Shown piece by piece: positions 52,651-63,192 of a stretch of 64,000 nucleotides of DNA. The stretch lies in NCBI GenBank assembly GCA_039028615.1, contig JBCCHT010000027.1, forward strand, positions 96,001 through 160,000, read 5' to 3'. Origin of the DNA: Myxococcota bacterium. Lineage in GTDB: Bacteria > Myxococcota_A > Polyangia > Nannocystales > Nannocystaceae. Every line of letters begins with the position of its first letter. Position 1 is the stretch's first letter. The notes beneath the pieces were generated by a model. The model saw only the letters and a program-made list of their open reading frames with translations, did no database searches and was not told the DNA's origin. The position numbers were made by a program, and so were the translations under genes.

Positions 52651-53859
52651 TCAGCGCCCCTGCGATGCAACCGGAACACTCGCATCGATCGTCGGCACGA
52701 TCTGCGTCATCACAGCCTCCGTGGCTGAGCGGGCGGGCGGCTCGAGGTTCCACGCTTGTAGCATCATCACGACGTCGAGTTCGGGAAGTACGATGGGGAA
52801 CTGGCCACCATAGCCGTTGCCGGCGAATAGGTACGGTTCGTCGGGCCTGTGTCCATCGATCCACCACTGGTAGCCGTACCCCGGACTGGTCGCGACTTCA
52901 GGGTCGATCCTGGGCACGACCGGGGACGTCGACCGCTCGACCCAGTGTTTGGACACGAGCTGTCGACCCTCCCACTGACCTCCCTGCAACATGAGCTGGG
53001 CGATGCGGGCCATGTCGAGGGGGCGAAGATAGAGGCCACCTTCGGTGTCCACTTCGCCCTTCGGGGTCCGTTTCCAGTAGAACTCGGTGATCCCCAGCGG
53101 GGCGAAGAGGCGAGCTTGCGCGAACTCGTCGGCGGGTTGTCCTGTCGCCTCGCGGACGATCTTGCCCAACAGAACGCTGGCGCCGGAGTTGTAGTCGAAG
53201 CGTTCACCGGGCGCTTCACGCATCGGGCGATCGACGACGAAGGAGATCCAGTCGTCACTGAGCTCGAGCTGAGTGCACGTGTTGTCCGGATCGCTGTACG
53301 GTAGAGACTCGTTCCAGTCGATGCCCGAGCGCATCGTGAGCAGGTCCTCGAGGGTCATGGCCGCGCGACGTGGATCGGTGGCGTCGGGATCGTAGTCGCC
53401 GAACCACGACATGGCGGGGGTGCTGACACCATCGGGGATCGATCCGTCGTCGATCGCCATGCCCACGAGAATGGAAGTCACCGACTTGGTCACCGACTGT
53501 TGGGTGTGAAGATCGCCAGCGCGATAGTACGGGTGCCAGCCTGGATCTTCGTAGTCGTACTGATGGTCGGCAGTGGCTTCGCGGGGCCCCTGCGGCGCCC
53601 CGACATCGAGCCGCTCGTCAACGAGGAGTCGCCCGTGCCGCATCAGGATGAAGTGGTCGAATCGTCCGAACGCACCCGCGCGCGCATCGTCGAGAAACCG
53701 TGTGACGGCGTTCGGATCGATCCCGGCGTCTCGCAAGGCGGTGGCTCGGTCCGCGCGCCTGGTTTCGGCCGGAGGGTCCGGGTCGTTGGGCGGGCCCGAG
53801 TGCCGACAGCCGGCAGCCGAGAACGCGAGGATGAGGAGGAGGGGGGACGTGCGGATCAT
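52651..53859 (-). CDS. Serine hydrolase, beta-lactamase class C-like family (lipoprotein)
   Basis: SVTKS (SxxK), LLTMRSG, FDYNS, LFAPLG, YGYQWW, GYGGQ. Confidence 0.9.
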   Translation of the reverse strand: MIRTSPLLLILAFSAAGCRHSGPPNDPDPPAETRRADRATALRDAGIDPNAVTRFLDDARAGAFGRFDHFILMRHGRLLVDERLDVGAPQGPREATADHQYDYEDPGWHPYYRAGDLHTQQSVTKSVTSILVGMAIDDGSIPDGVSTPAMSWFGDYDPDATDPRRAAMTLEDLLTMRSGIDWNESLPYSDPDNTCTQLELSDDWISFVVDRPMREAPGERFDYNSGASVLLGKIVREATGQPADEFAQARLFAPLGITEFYWKRTPKGEVDTEGGLYLRPLDMARIAQLMLQGGQWEGRQLVSKHWVERSTSPVVPRIDPEVATSPGYGYQWWIDGHRPDEPYLFAGNGYGGQFPIVLPELDVVMMLQAWNLEPPARSATEAVMTQIVPTIDASVPVASQGR

Positions 53860-54288
53860 CGTGGCGTGCGCGAGCGTGGCGGTCGTCGGGCGGTCGGCGG
53901 TGGGCTGCAAAATGGGGCCGCTGAGCGCCAGGTCCTTCCCGCGGACAGGCCGGTGCAATCGCCGCTCGTGAGCGCCCCCGGCTCCTTATATACGCCGCGC
54001 GTTCCAGGTCATAGACGACCCGCTCCGTGCCCACGATGCAGCGGTGGCCCGCGAACTCTTGGATGACTCGGCCGCGTGCGCCTCGCATGGCGAGCGACGA
54101 GCAGCCCGGCGGAGATTTTCGACCCGACGCGAAAATATTTCGATCCGAGCGGGCGCGTCGACCGACTTTGCAGATGCCGAGCCTCGGGCTGCCGTTGGCG
54201 CTTCATCGAGGGGGTGCGGGTTGCGGCCGGACCGGTTCTCCAGGCGAGACGCTCCGCTCATCCGCACGCGAACAAACAAGAACGAACC

Positions 54289-54888
54289 ATGCACCACCGC
54301 AGCTACATCCTTCGTGACCCCGTCGACACCGACGAGGTGTTCCTCGAGCTTGGCAAGCTCGTTCACGAGGTGAACCGAGTGACGCGCAAGGGCTTCTCCT
54401 ATTCTCACCCAGAAACACGCGGACCGATGCAGCTGTGGTACTGGCCCGATCACTTCGAGCAGCAGAGCGTGATCTCGCTGGTCCTCGACTCGATGACCCA
54501 GACCACCTACCTGCAAGTCGATGCCGTGAGTGCTTCCGAGGGCGAGCAGATCGTGGCCGAGCTCGGCAAGGGGCTCGACTTCCTGTCCCCAGACGAGGTT
54601 CGAGAAGAGGTGAGCGGGAACAATCCCCCGACGGGAGCGGGGCTGTCTCGCTTGGGGATGGTGACGAACCCAGAGGACTACGACGCTCGGACTAAGGACA
54701 TACTCGCGTCAGCGCTCGAGCACGACGATCCACAGGTCCGCAACGGGGCCTGCGCGGCAATTTTTCTGCTCAAGTGGCCGCAGTTCGTGCCCGCACTCGA
54801 GGACGCGCTCGCCAAGGAAACGGTCGTCCAGATCCGTCGCGTTCTCGATGCAACATTGCAGCTGTGCAATGGAACGCTGCGAATCTAG
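54289..54888 (+). CDS. Hypothetical protein with C-terminal HEAT repeat
   Basis: ALEHDDPQVRNGAC...VPALEDALAKE HEAT-like; visibly lower GC than neighbours. Confidence 0.65.
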   Translation: MHHRSYILRDPVDTDEVFLELGKLVHEVNRVTRKGFSYSHPETRGPMQLWYWPDHFEQQSVISLVLDSMTQTTYLQVDAVSASEGEQIVAELGKGLDFLSPDEVREEVSGNNPPTGAGLSRLGMVTNPEDYDARTKDILASALEHDDPQVRNGACAAIFLLKWPQFVPALEDALAKETVVQIRRVLDATLQLCNGTLRI

Positions 54889-55173
54889 CCCACGGGCGGA
54901 AAACCCGGGAAACTCGATCAACGCCGACGAGGTCGGCCGACTCCTCGATCTCGATGGCCACGGCGTAGTCTCCGGCGAGGAGCCAGCAGAACCCGTGCCG
55001 CAGGATATCTGGACCACAGGCAGTACGCCCCGTGAGACGACGCCTTCGCTGCGCCCGCCGGTCCTGAAACCGATGATGCGAGGGCGTGAACGGCCGCAGA
55101 TGCAATCGAATTGCGAAAAATGCAGCCGCGGGCTGGCGAACGCCCCCCGGCAAGCGCGATAGTTCGAGTGCCC

Positions 55174-58100
55174 ATGCGCCGGTTCATACATCTGCTGACC
55201 TGGTCGTTCTTTCTCTTGGTTGCCTGTGCGGCCACGAAACCCAATCGCAAGGGCCCGCAAGGTATCCAGGCGAAGGGGCCGATGTCCCCCGAGACCTTCG
55301 CGGGGCTGGCGTTGCGGAGCATCGGCCCGGCGTTCATGTCCGGTCGCATCGCGGACGTCGCCTTCGACCCGGACGACCCCAACGTCTGGTACGTGGGAGT
55401 CGGCTCGGGCGGAGTGTGGAAGACCGACAATGCGGGCACGACCTGGAGCCCGATCTTCGACGGCCAGGGGTCATACTCCATCGGCTGCATCACGATCGAT
55501 CCGTCGAACCCCCACGTGGTGTGGGTGGGCACGGGGGAGAACGTGGGCGGTCGACACGTTGCGTACGGTGACGGGGTGTACCGGTCCGGGGACGGCGGCA
55601 AGTCGTGGGACAACGTCGGCCTCGCTCGCAGCGAGCACATCTCCAAGATCATCGTGCACCCCGAGGACCCGAACACCGTGTGGGTCGCCGCGCAGGGGCC
55701 CCTGTGGTCGTCGGGCGGAGAGCGAGGCCTGTACAAGACGACCGATGGAGGAAAGATCTGGACGCAGGTGCTCAGCGCGGGACCATGGACCGGCGTGACG
55801 GACCTGGTCATCGACCCACGAGATCCGGACGTGCTGTATGCGGCAACGTGGCAACGTCACCGGACCGTTGCGGCCTACGTGGGCGGCGGACCCGAGTCCG
55901 GCATTCACAAGTCCGAAGACGGGGGCAAGACGTGGACTCGCCTGGTGCGAGGCCTGCCTGGCGACCCGAAGCGAAAGATCGAGCCGGATCCGGCGCGCAA
56001 GGACCAGCTGCGACCCCCCGCAAAGCCCATCGATGACGGCAACATGGGCAAGATCGGCCTGGCGATCTCACCGCAGAATCCCGACGTGCTCTACGCGGCG
56101 ATCGAGCTCGACCGGCGGACGGGGAGCGTGTTCAGGTCGACCGATCGGGGTGCATCCTGGGAGAAGCGCTCGGATACGGTCGCGGGCGGCACCGGGCCTC
56201 ACTACTACCAGGAGCTCTACGCGTCGCCCCACGCCGAGGGCCGCATCTACCTGGCCGATGTGCGCATGCGAGTCTCGGACGACGGCGGCAAGACGTTTCG
56301 CATCATGTCCGAGGAGTTCAAACACTCCGACAATCACGCGATGGTCTTCCGTGCCGACGATCCCGACTACATGATGGTCGGCACCGACGGTGGCCTGTAT
56401 GAGAGCTTCGACCTGGCCAAGAACTGGCGGTTCGTCGACAACCTCCCCATCACGCAGATTTACAAGGTGGCGCTCGACGATGCCGCGCCGTTTTACAACG
56501 TCTACGGCGGTACCCAGGACAACAACACGCAAGGTGGCCCCTCTCGTACGGACAGCGCCCACGGGATTCGCAACGCGGACTGGCGAGTGGTGCTGGGCGG
56601 CGATGGACACCAGCCCGCGACGGAGCCGGGCAACCCCGACATCATGTACGCCGAGTCGCAGCAGGGGCACCTGTACCGCGTGGACACGACGACGGGTGAG
56701 CGCGTATTCATCCAGCCCCAGGGCGCGCCGGGTGACCCCGCGGACCGCTTCAACTGGGACTCTCCCATTCTCGTCAGCCCCCACGAGTCCTCCCGCTTGT
56801 TCTTTGCATCCCAGCGCGTGTGGATGTCGGAGAACCGGGGCGACTCGTGGACGCCGGTCTCGGGCGACCTGACGAGGAACGAAGAGCGGCTGATGACGCC
56901 GCATATGGGCCGCAAGTGGAGCTACGACGCCCCCTGGGACCTGTATGCGATGTCCCAGTACAACACGATCACCTCGCTGGCCCAGTCTCCTCTCGAGTCC
57001 GGTCTGCTCTACGCGGGTACCGACGACGGTCTCATTCAAATCTCCGAAAACGGTGGAAAGAGCTGGCGAGAGATCGATGTCAGCTCGCTGCCGGGTGTCC
57101 CCGAGAGGGCCTTCGTCAACGACATCAAGGCCGATCTGTTCGACGCCGACACCGTGTACGTCGCGCTCGACAACCACAAAAGCGGTGACTTCAGGCCCTA
57201 TCTGGCGGTCAGTCGCGATCGCGGAAAGAGCTGGCGCTCGATCGTGGGTAACCTACCGGATCGCCACCTGGTGTGGCGAGTCGTGCAGGACCACGTCCGC
57301 AAGGACCTGTTGTTCGCGGGGACCGAGTTCGGGGTGTTCTTCACCGTGGATGGAGGCCGCACGTGGATCGAGCTCACGGGGGGGACGCCCACCATCTCGT
57401 TCCGGGATCTCGCCATTCAGCGGCGCGAGAGCGACTTGGTCGGCGCGACGTTCGGCCGTGGATTTTGGATCCTCGACGACTACTCCCCGCTTCGCCAGGT
57501 CGACGCCAAAGCACTGAGCAAGCCCGCGCTGCTGTTCTCTCCGCGGCGAGCGCTGTGGTACATCGAGCGGCAGAACATGGCTTCGCGGCGCGAGAAGAAG
57601 GCGTCGCAGGGTAACGGGTACTACGCGGCCGACAACCCGCCGTTCGGGGCCGCGCTCACGTACTACCTGGCGCAGGATCTGACGACCCGTAACCGCACTC
57701 GACGCACGAAGGAAATGGAACGTGCGGCGCAGGGCAAGGACACGCCGTTCGCGGGATGGGACGCGATCGATGGCGAGAAACGCGAGCGAGAGCCCGCCAT
57801 CATCCTGACCGTGCGTGACGCGAAGGGCGAGGTCGTGCGGCGCCTCTACGGTCCCACGACCGCTGGCATCCATCGCGTGACCTGGGATCTTCGTCTACCC
57901 GCCGAGGCCGCACTCGGGCTGAAGCCCTCCTACGCGTACGCGAAGCCGGAGAAGCCCGAGGGGTTCCTGGTCGGTCCAGGGCACTACACCGTGACCCTCT
58001 CGCAGCGACACGACGGCAAGACGGTGGAGCTCGCAGGCCCCGTCGACCTGGAGGTGGTGCCGATGCGCAAGGGCGGAGCGCTTCCGGGAGCCGATCCGAA

Positions 58101-58587
58101 GGTGGTCGCCGCGTTCTGGAAGCGCGTCGCGATGCTCTCGCGCAGCATGTCGGCAGCCTCCCAATCCATGAAGGACACCCACGAGCGCCTGCAGAAGCTC
58201 GAGCAGGCGCTCGATCGCTCGCTCGCCGAGTCGGGCCAGTTCGACGACGAACTCGACGCGCTGCGCACGACCCTCGAGGACCTTCGCGAGACCCTCTACG
58301 GCAGCCCGACGAAGGGAGAGCTACGCAAGCCGGAGCCTCCGACCGTCAGCAGCCGCCTGAGCTTCGCGGCGGAGGGCACCCGCGGCTCCACCTACGGACC
58401 GACCCCCGCCCACGAAGAAAACCTGCGGCTCGCCGAGCAGGGGTTCGAAGACGTACGCAAGCGGCTGAACCGGCTCACCCAGGAGCAGCTGCCTGCGTTC
58501 GAGAAGCGCCTGCAAGACGCCGGTGCCCCGTGGTCGAGCGGCCAGCCGATCCCCAGCCCCGGGCAGGTGCAGGGAACCCGTCGGTGA
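55174..58587 (+). CDS. VPS10/BNR-repeat glycosyl hydrolase-like protein
   Basis: RSIGPAFMSGRI; many S/T.DGG.T/SW Asp-boxes; GGTQDN; ATFGRGFWILDD. Confidence 0.9.
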   Translation: MRRFIHLLTWSFFLLVACAATKPNRKGPQGIQAKGPMSPETFAGLALRSIGPAFMSGRIADVAFDPDDPNVWYVGVGSGGVWKTDNAGTTWSPIFDGQGSYSIGCITIDPSNPHVVWVGTGENVGGRHVAYGDGVYRSGDGGKSWDNVGLARSEHISKIIVHPEDPNTVWVAAQGPLWSSGGERGLYKTTDGGKIWTQVLSAGPWTGVTDLVIDPRDPDVLYAATWQRHRTVAAYVGGGPESGIHKSEDGGKTWTRLVRGLPGDPKRKIEPDPARKDQLRPPAKPIDDGNMGKIGLAISPQNPDVLYAAIELDRRTGSVFRSTDRGASWEKRSDTVAGGTGPHYYQELYASPHAEGRIYLADVRMRVSDDGGKTFRIMSEEFKHSDNHAMVFRADDPDYMMVGTDGGLYESFDLAKNWRFVDNLPITQIYKVALDDAAPFYNVYGGTQDNNTQGGPSRTDSAHGIRNADWRVVLGGDGHQPATEPGNPDIMYAESQQGHLYRVDTTTGERVFIQPQGAPGDPADRFNWDSPILVSPHESSRLFFASQRVWMSENRGDSWTPVSGDLTRNEERLMTPHMGRKWSYDAPWDLYAMSQYNTITSLAQSPLESGLLYAGTDDGLIQISENGGKSWREIDVSSLPGVPERAFVNDIKADLFDADTVYVALDNHKSGDFRPYLAVSRDRGKSWRSIVGNLPDRHLVWRVVQDHVRKDLLFAGTEFGVFFTVDGGRTWIELTGGTPTISFRDLAIQRRESDLVGATFGRGFWILDDYSPLRQVDAKALSKPALLFSPRRALWYIERQNMASRREKKASQGNGYYAADNPPFGAALTYYLAQDLTTRNRTRRTKEMERAAQGKDTPFAGWDAIDGEKREREPAIILTVRDAKGEVVRRLYGPTTAGIHRVTWDLRLPAEAALGLKPSYAYAKPEKPEGFLVGPGHYTVTLSQRHDGKTVELAGPVDLEVVPMRKGGALPGADPKVVAAFWKRVAMLSRSMSAASQSMKDTHERLQKLEQALDRSLAESGQFDDELDALRTTLEDLRETLYGSPTKGELRKPEPPTVSSRLSFAAEGTRGSTYGPTPAHEENLRLAEQGFEDVRKRLNRLTQEQLPAFEKRLQDAGAPWSSGQPIPSPGQVQGTRR

Positions 58588-58622
58588 CGACGACTTGAGC
58601 CCGCGGGGCGGCCGGGGGCGGC

Positions 58623-58648
58623 TCACTGCCTGACGCGCCAGGCGGTGA
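58623..58648. terminator. Hairpin between convergent genes
   Basis: TCACTGCCTG-6nt-CAGGCGGTGA, 10-bp stem. Confidence 0.45.
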
Positions 58649-58773
58649 CGCCCCCCGGGCACGATCGCAGCGCCGACGGACTTGCCTCGCCGAGGATGTA
58701 GCGACGGACGTTCGACCGCAGGCGCGGGCATCGGGAGGGCAGCGACGGTGAGTCTCTCCGTGGCGGCCGCTCG

Positions 58774-59580
58774 TCAGCCCACGGGGGGAAAGCACGGGAA
58801 CTTGATCACCCCGTCGACCTCGCCCCAGTTGAGGCTGACGGGCAACGACCGCATTCCGAGCGGGGCCAGGATGCGATTGACGCTGTCGATGTCGGCGGGG
58901 GTGAGATAGCCGCCGCCCGGCGTCGCGTATTCGGAGCTCACCACCAAGCCTCCACCCGCGTCGGTGAACTCGAGCACGGTCTGCAGCTCGGCGTTGCTCG
59001 GCTGCTCGCCTCCGTCGAGGTAGGCCGACTCCTCGAAGTAGATGACCACGTCGTAGTCGTCGGCGAGGAGCGCGGGGGCGCCGACGTAGCGGGCCGGGAG
59101 GTGGATGGAGGCGGGGAACACGTGGTCGCCGAGCTCGATCTCGTCGGCCCAGCCGAAGGCGAGCAGCCGGGGCTCGGGCTCGTACCCACCCGCCAGCCAC
59201 GGAAGCAGGGGGCACTCGGTTACTTCTTGCAGAGGCAGCGAGCTGTCGGCGGCGGCGATGAAGCGGCCCCGGCCGAACGTGCCCATCGCATACACGACGC
59301 TTCCCTCGAGCTCCGCGGTGGCGAACACCTGCTCGCCCGTGACTTCGAGCTGCCCCGACTGCATGGAGTCGATTTGCACCGAGCAATCGACACACTCCCC
59401 CGGGCCCGCAGGGCCCACGTCGAGCACTGGCATGGAACCCGAACTCGAGGGGTCGTCCTCGCCGGTACTCTGCGACGGGGTCGCGGGGCCCGTGCTGGCG
59501 GCAGGGGGCAGCATGGGCTCGGAAGCGACCGTGCAGGCGACACTCGCGAGTAGCAGTGAACCGACGACGAGCCGCACCAT
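58774..59580 (-). CDS. Lipoprotein with class-I GATase-like (DUF4350-type) segment
   Basis: SVAC lipobox; YDVVI...ELQTVLEFTDAGGGLVV..E...NRILAPLG. Confidence 0.6.
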   Translation of the reverse strand: MVRLVVGSLLLASVACTVASEPMLPPAASTGPATPSQSTGEDDPSSSGSMPVLDVGPAGPGECVDCSVQIDSMQSGQLEVTGEQVFATAELEGSVVYAMGTFGRGRFIAAADSSLPLQEVTECPLLPWLAGGYEPEPRLLAFGWADEIELGDHVFPASIHLPARYVGAPALLADDYDVVIYFEESAYLDGGEQPSNAELQTVLEFTDAGGGLVVSSEYATPGGGYLTPADIDSVNRILAPLGMRSLPVSLNWGEVDGVIKFPCFPPVG

Positions 59581-59752
59581 CCCATTTCCTTGGTGTCGGG
59601 ACCGCTGCGGAAGGTTTCGCCGCCGATGCGACCAAGATGGTCACCCACTGCACCGAAAAATGGTTGATGATCGGAGTCGATCGAGTTGGCGGTCCGAACT
59701 ATGCGACGATGGCCATCGTACTGAAGTCACCACTTCACCCTCGTACGTCGAC

Positions 59753-62700
59753 ATGAACGACGACCTCAGCAACCAGAGCACGTTGGCGGGAGACCTCTCC
59801 ACCGAAGTCCCCGCCACGGAGCATTCCAAGGGGCACCGCGTCGAGGTCGAGAGCCCGGCGCAACTCGTCGGTCGACGCTACGGTCGCTACGTGGTGCTCA
59901 GCGTGCTCGGTCACGGTGGGATGGGCATCGTCCTCGAGGGCTATGACGAAGAGCTGGACCGTCGGGTCGCGCTCAAGCTCCTGCACGACCATCTGGGCAG
60001 GCGGCACCGGGACCGCCTGCGACGGGAAGCCCAGGCGATGGCGAAGCTCTCGCACCCCAACGTCGTGCAGGTCTACGAGGTCGGGGACGCCGACGGCCAG
60101 ACGTTCGTAGCAATGGAGCTGTTGCGGGGCCCGACGGTACGGTCGTGGATGGAACAGGAGCCACGGCCGGGCTGGCGAGCGAGTGTCGAAGTGTTCGTGC
60201 AGCTGGGAGCGGGCTTGGCCGCCGCGCACGAGCGAGACTTGGTGCATCGAGACTTCAAGCCGGACAACGCGATGCTCGACGAGGACGGGCGGGCTCGGGT
60301 GCTCGACTTCGGGCTGGTGCGGCAGTGGGGGGACGAGGATTTCGAGTCTTCGACCGCCGCGGACTCCAACGGCTCGGACTCGATGTCCGCTCGAGAAGGC
60401 TCGCTGACCAAGACGGGAGCGCTGCTGGGGACGCCCGCGTACATGTCCCCCGAGCAAATGAGCGGAGCCGCGGTCGATGCTCGAAGCGACCAGTTCAACT
60501 TCTGCGTGGCGCTATACGAGGCGGTGTACGGCGAGCGGCCCTACGAGGGGGACTCGGTGGCGCAATTGATCACGTCGATGGAGCGCGAGTCGTTGCGCGG
60601 GGCGCCCCCCAAGAGCAGCGTGCCCGCGCGGCTGCGCCGGGTGTTGAGCCGCGGGCTGGCCTACGATCCGGCGCAGCGCTGGCCATCGATGGAAGCCCTG
60701 CTCGCTGAGCTGCGGGTGCAGATTGCCCCACGAGGTCGGGCCCGTACCACGCTCGCGGTGGGAGTGCTGGCGCTCGGCCTGGGAGGAAGCTGGGCGTTTG
60801 CGGAATATGTGCAGGTCAAGGACCGGTGCACGGGCGCGGAGGCGAAGCTGGACGGGGTCTGGGACGATGAACGCCGGGCCACGGTGAAGACCGCGATCCT
60901 GAATACCGCGCTGCCCTATGCACCGGACACCGTGGAGCGAGTGGAGGCGCGGCTGGATGCCGTTGCCGCGGCGTGGGTGGACAAGCACACCGAGGTCTGC
61001 GAGGCGACCGCAGTGCGGCAGGAGCAATCGGCTCAGACGCTGGAGCTGCGGATGGGGTGCCTGCAACAGCAGGCCTCTGAAGTCCGCGCCGCGGTCGACG
61101 TGCTCGCCAATGCAGACGCCACCGTGGTGCCCAACGCGATCACCCTGGCGTCCGGGTTGCCCGATGCCAGCCGATGCGACGACGTCGAGGCGCTGCGGGC
61201 TACGGTTGCGCCGCCCGAGCCCGCGAAGCAGGCCGAGGTGGAGGCGCTGCGCGGGCGCCTACAAGAGCTACGCGCGGAGCAGGACGCGGGACGCTACGCG
61301 GTCGCATTGAAGCAGATCGAGCCGGTGGTGGCCGCAGCCACAGACCTGGACTATGCGCCGCTGGTGGCCGAGGTCATGCAGCGACGGGGATCGCTGCAGC
61401 GAAGCAACGGTCACCACGACGCCGCGGAGAAGGACCTGCGCAAGGCCTACGCACTCGCGATCGAGCATCAACACGACGCCGCCGCCCTCGACGCGGTCGC
61501 GGAGCTGACCTTCGTCGTCGGCAGTACGATGGCCCGGTTCTCCGAGGGCCGGGTTTGGGGCGAGACGGCGATGGCCCACGCCCGACGGAGTCGGGACGAC
61601 GAGGAGCTCGCATCCGCCTTCCACACGATGGGCGCCGTGCTCTACACCGAGGGCGACTATGAGGGCTCCATGCGCCACAACGAACGCGCAGTGGAACTCG
61701 TGGAGCGGGCACGGGGCCCCGAGCATTTCGAGGCCGCGCCCTTCGTCAGCAGCATCGGCAACGCGCTCACTGCGATCGGAAAGCACGAGGAAGCCACGCA
61801 GCAGTACGAGCGAGCGCTTCGCATTCTCGAGCAGGCACTGGGTCCAGATCATCCCACCGTCGCCGGAACTCTGAGCAACCTGGGGGTGGCGCTGCGCCGT
61901 CTCGGCGAACTCGACCGGGCCAAGGCGGTGACCGAACGCGCACTGAAAATCCGCGAGGATTCCCTCGGATCCGATCATGCTCTCACGGCCGGTACGTTGG
62001 CCAATTTGTGCGTGCTGCTCAATTTGCGGAATGACAACGAGCAAGCGCGGACCTGCCACGAGCGCGCGCTCCGGGCCACCGAGAACGCCCTGGGACCCAC
62101 GCACCCCGACGTCGCCCATTCCGCGACCAACCTGGCCATCACGCTGCAGCGGCTCGGTAAGGCCGAGCAAGCCGAGCCGCTGTTCGAGCGAGCATTGCGG
62201 GTCAAGGAGGAGGCACTGGGTCGCGAGCATCCCGATGTCGCCCTCGCCCTGGGCAACCTGGGCATGGTGCACTGGGGCCGCGGGGAGTATGCGAGTGCTC
62301 GGCCGCTATACGAACGAGCGCTGGCGATTCTCGAAGCAGAGCGGGGACCCGAACATCCGCAGGTTGCATCGACCGTGTCCACGCTCGGGGAGGTCTACCA
62401 ACGGCAAGGGGACGATGTGCGGGCACGGCAAATGCACGAGCGCGCGCTGGCGATCATGGAGAAGGCGCTCGGACCGGACGATCCGAAGCTGGCCAAATAC
62501 ATGCACAGCCTCGGGATGGTGCTGCTCGATCTGGGCGAGCGGGACGAGGCCAGGGCGTATTGGGAACGGGCGGTCGGGCTATCGCCGGAGCCGGAGAAAG
62601 ACCCCGTGGACCTGGCGTATCCGCTGGTGGAGCTGGCGAAGCTCGCGGTCGCCGACGGGCAGATGTCACAGGCGCGTGGGTACGCCGAGCGGGCAGTGGC

Positions 62701-62920
62701 GATTCGGGAGAAACACGAGGCGGACGCGATGCCGTTGGCGATCGCCCGGTTCACGCTGGCGCGAGCCCTGTGGGTAACCCCGGGGGAACGAGTGCGGGCG
62801 CGAGCGCTGGCGCGAGAGGCTCGGGAAGTGCTCGAGCCAAGCGAAGAGCATGACGAGCAGGTGCAGGAGATCGAGCGTTGGCTGCAGCGCCACGGCTCGC
62901 CGGCCAGAGCCCGAGGCTGA
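59753..62920 (+). CDS. Ser/Thr protein kinase with TM and TPR repeats
   Basis: GHGGMG, VALK, HRDFKPDN, DFG, GTPAYMSPE; about nine 42-aa TPRs (LGPDHP). Confidence 0.93.
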   Translation: MNDDLSNQSTLAGDLSTEVPATEHSKGHRVEVESPAQLVGRRYGRYVVLSVLGHGGMGIVLEGYDEELDRRVALKLLHDHLGRRHRDRLRREAQAMAKLSHPNVVQVYEVGDADGQTFVAMELLRGPTVRSWMEQEPRPGWRASVEVFVQLGAGLAAAHERDLVHRDFKPDNAMLDEDGRARVLDFGLVRQWGDEDFESSTAADSNGSDSMSAREGSLTKTGALLGTPAYMSPEQMSGAAVDARSDQFNFCVALYEAVYGERPYEGDSVAQLITSMERESLRGAPPKSSVPARLRRVLSRGLAYDPAQRWPSMEALLAELRVQIAPRGRARTTLAVGVLALGLGGSWAFAEYVQVKDRCTGAEAKLDGVWDDERRATVKTAILNTALPYAPDTVERVEARLDAVAAAWVDKHTEVCEATAVRQEQSAQTLELRMGCLQQQASEVRAAVDVLANADATVVPNAITLASGLPDASRCDDVEALRATVAPPEPAKQAEVEALRGRLQELRAEQDAGRYAVALKQIEPVVAAATDLDYAPLVAEVMQRRGSLQRSNGHHDAAEKDLRKAYALAIEHQHDAAALDAVAELTFVVGSTMARFSEGRVWGETAMAHARRSRDDEELASAFHTMGAVLYTEGDYEGSMRHNERAVELVERARGPEHFEAAPFVSSIGNALTAIGKHEEATQQYERALRILEQALGPDHPTVAGTLSNLGVALRRLGELDRAKAVTERALKIREDSLGSDHALTAGTLANLCVLLNLRNDNEQARTCHERALRATENALGPTHPDVAHSATNLAITLQRLGKAEQAEPLFERALRVKEEALGREHPDVALALGNLGMVHWGRGEYASARPLYERALAILEAERGPEHPQVASTVSTLGEVYQRQGDDVRARQMHERALAIMEKALGPDDPKLAKYMHSLGMVLLDLGERDEARAYWERAVGLSPEPEKDPVDLAYPLVELAKLAVADGQMSQARGYAERAVAIREKHEADAMPLAIARFTLARALWVTPGERVRARALAREAREVLEPSEEHDEQVQEIERWLQRHGSPARARG

Positions 62921-63050
62921 CACTCGAGGTCAACGGCACAGTCGCTCTCGAACGCTGCGGGGGCACGGCGGTGAACTTGGTCCGCCACACGAGCGCCTCG
63001 AAGCACGACCCAGTGCGACCGGAGCTCGAATTTATTTGTCACCGACTTGC

Positions 63051-63079
63051 TTGACGAGGCCCCGCTCGTGCCCTAAAGA
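63051..63079 (+). promoter_or_regulatory. Candidate sigma70 promoter of leader/tRNA unit
   Basis: TTGACG-17 bp-TAAAGA; AT-rich AATTTATTT upstream; -10 imperfect. Confidence 0.5.
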
Positions 63080-63114
63080 CAAAGAACCGCGTCACTTCGA
63101 CGCGTGCATTCGTC

Positions 63115-63192
63115 ATGAACCGCTCCGCGCAGACTCATCGCCACCATCATGTGGTGATCGTGCATTCGATGCACGATATCTGCCCGTGTTGA
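63115..63192 (+). CDS. Putative His-rich leader peptide MNRSAQTHRHHHVVIVHSMHDICPC
   Basis: ATG...TGA, 25 codons, 6 His; between candidate promoter and tRNA genes; overlaps hairpins; no clear SD. Confidence 0.45.
   Translation: MNRSAQTHRHHHVVIVHSMHDICPC

Noticed and set aside
59105..59752. N-terminal 216 aa of the 1271-aa kinase ORF
   Set aside because: Overlaps the opposite-strand lipoprotein gene; real start is likely ATG 59753
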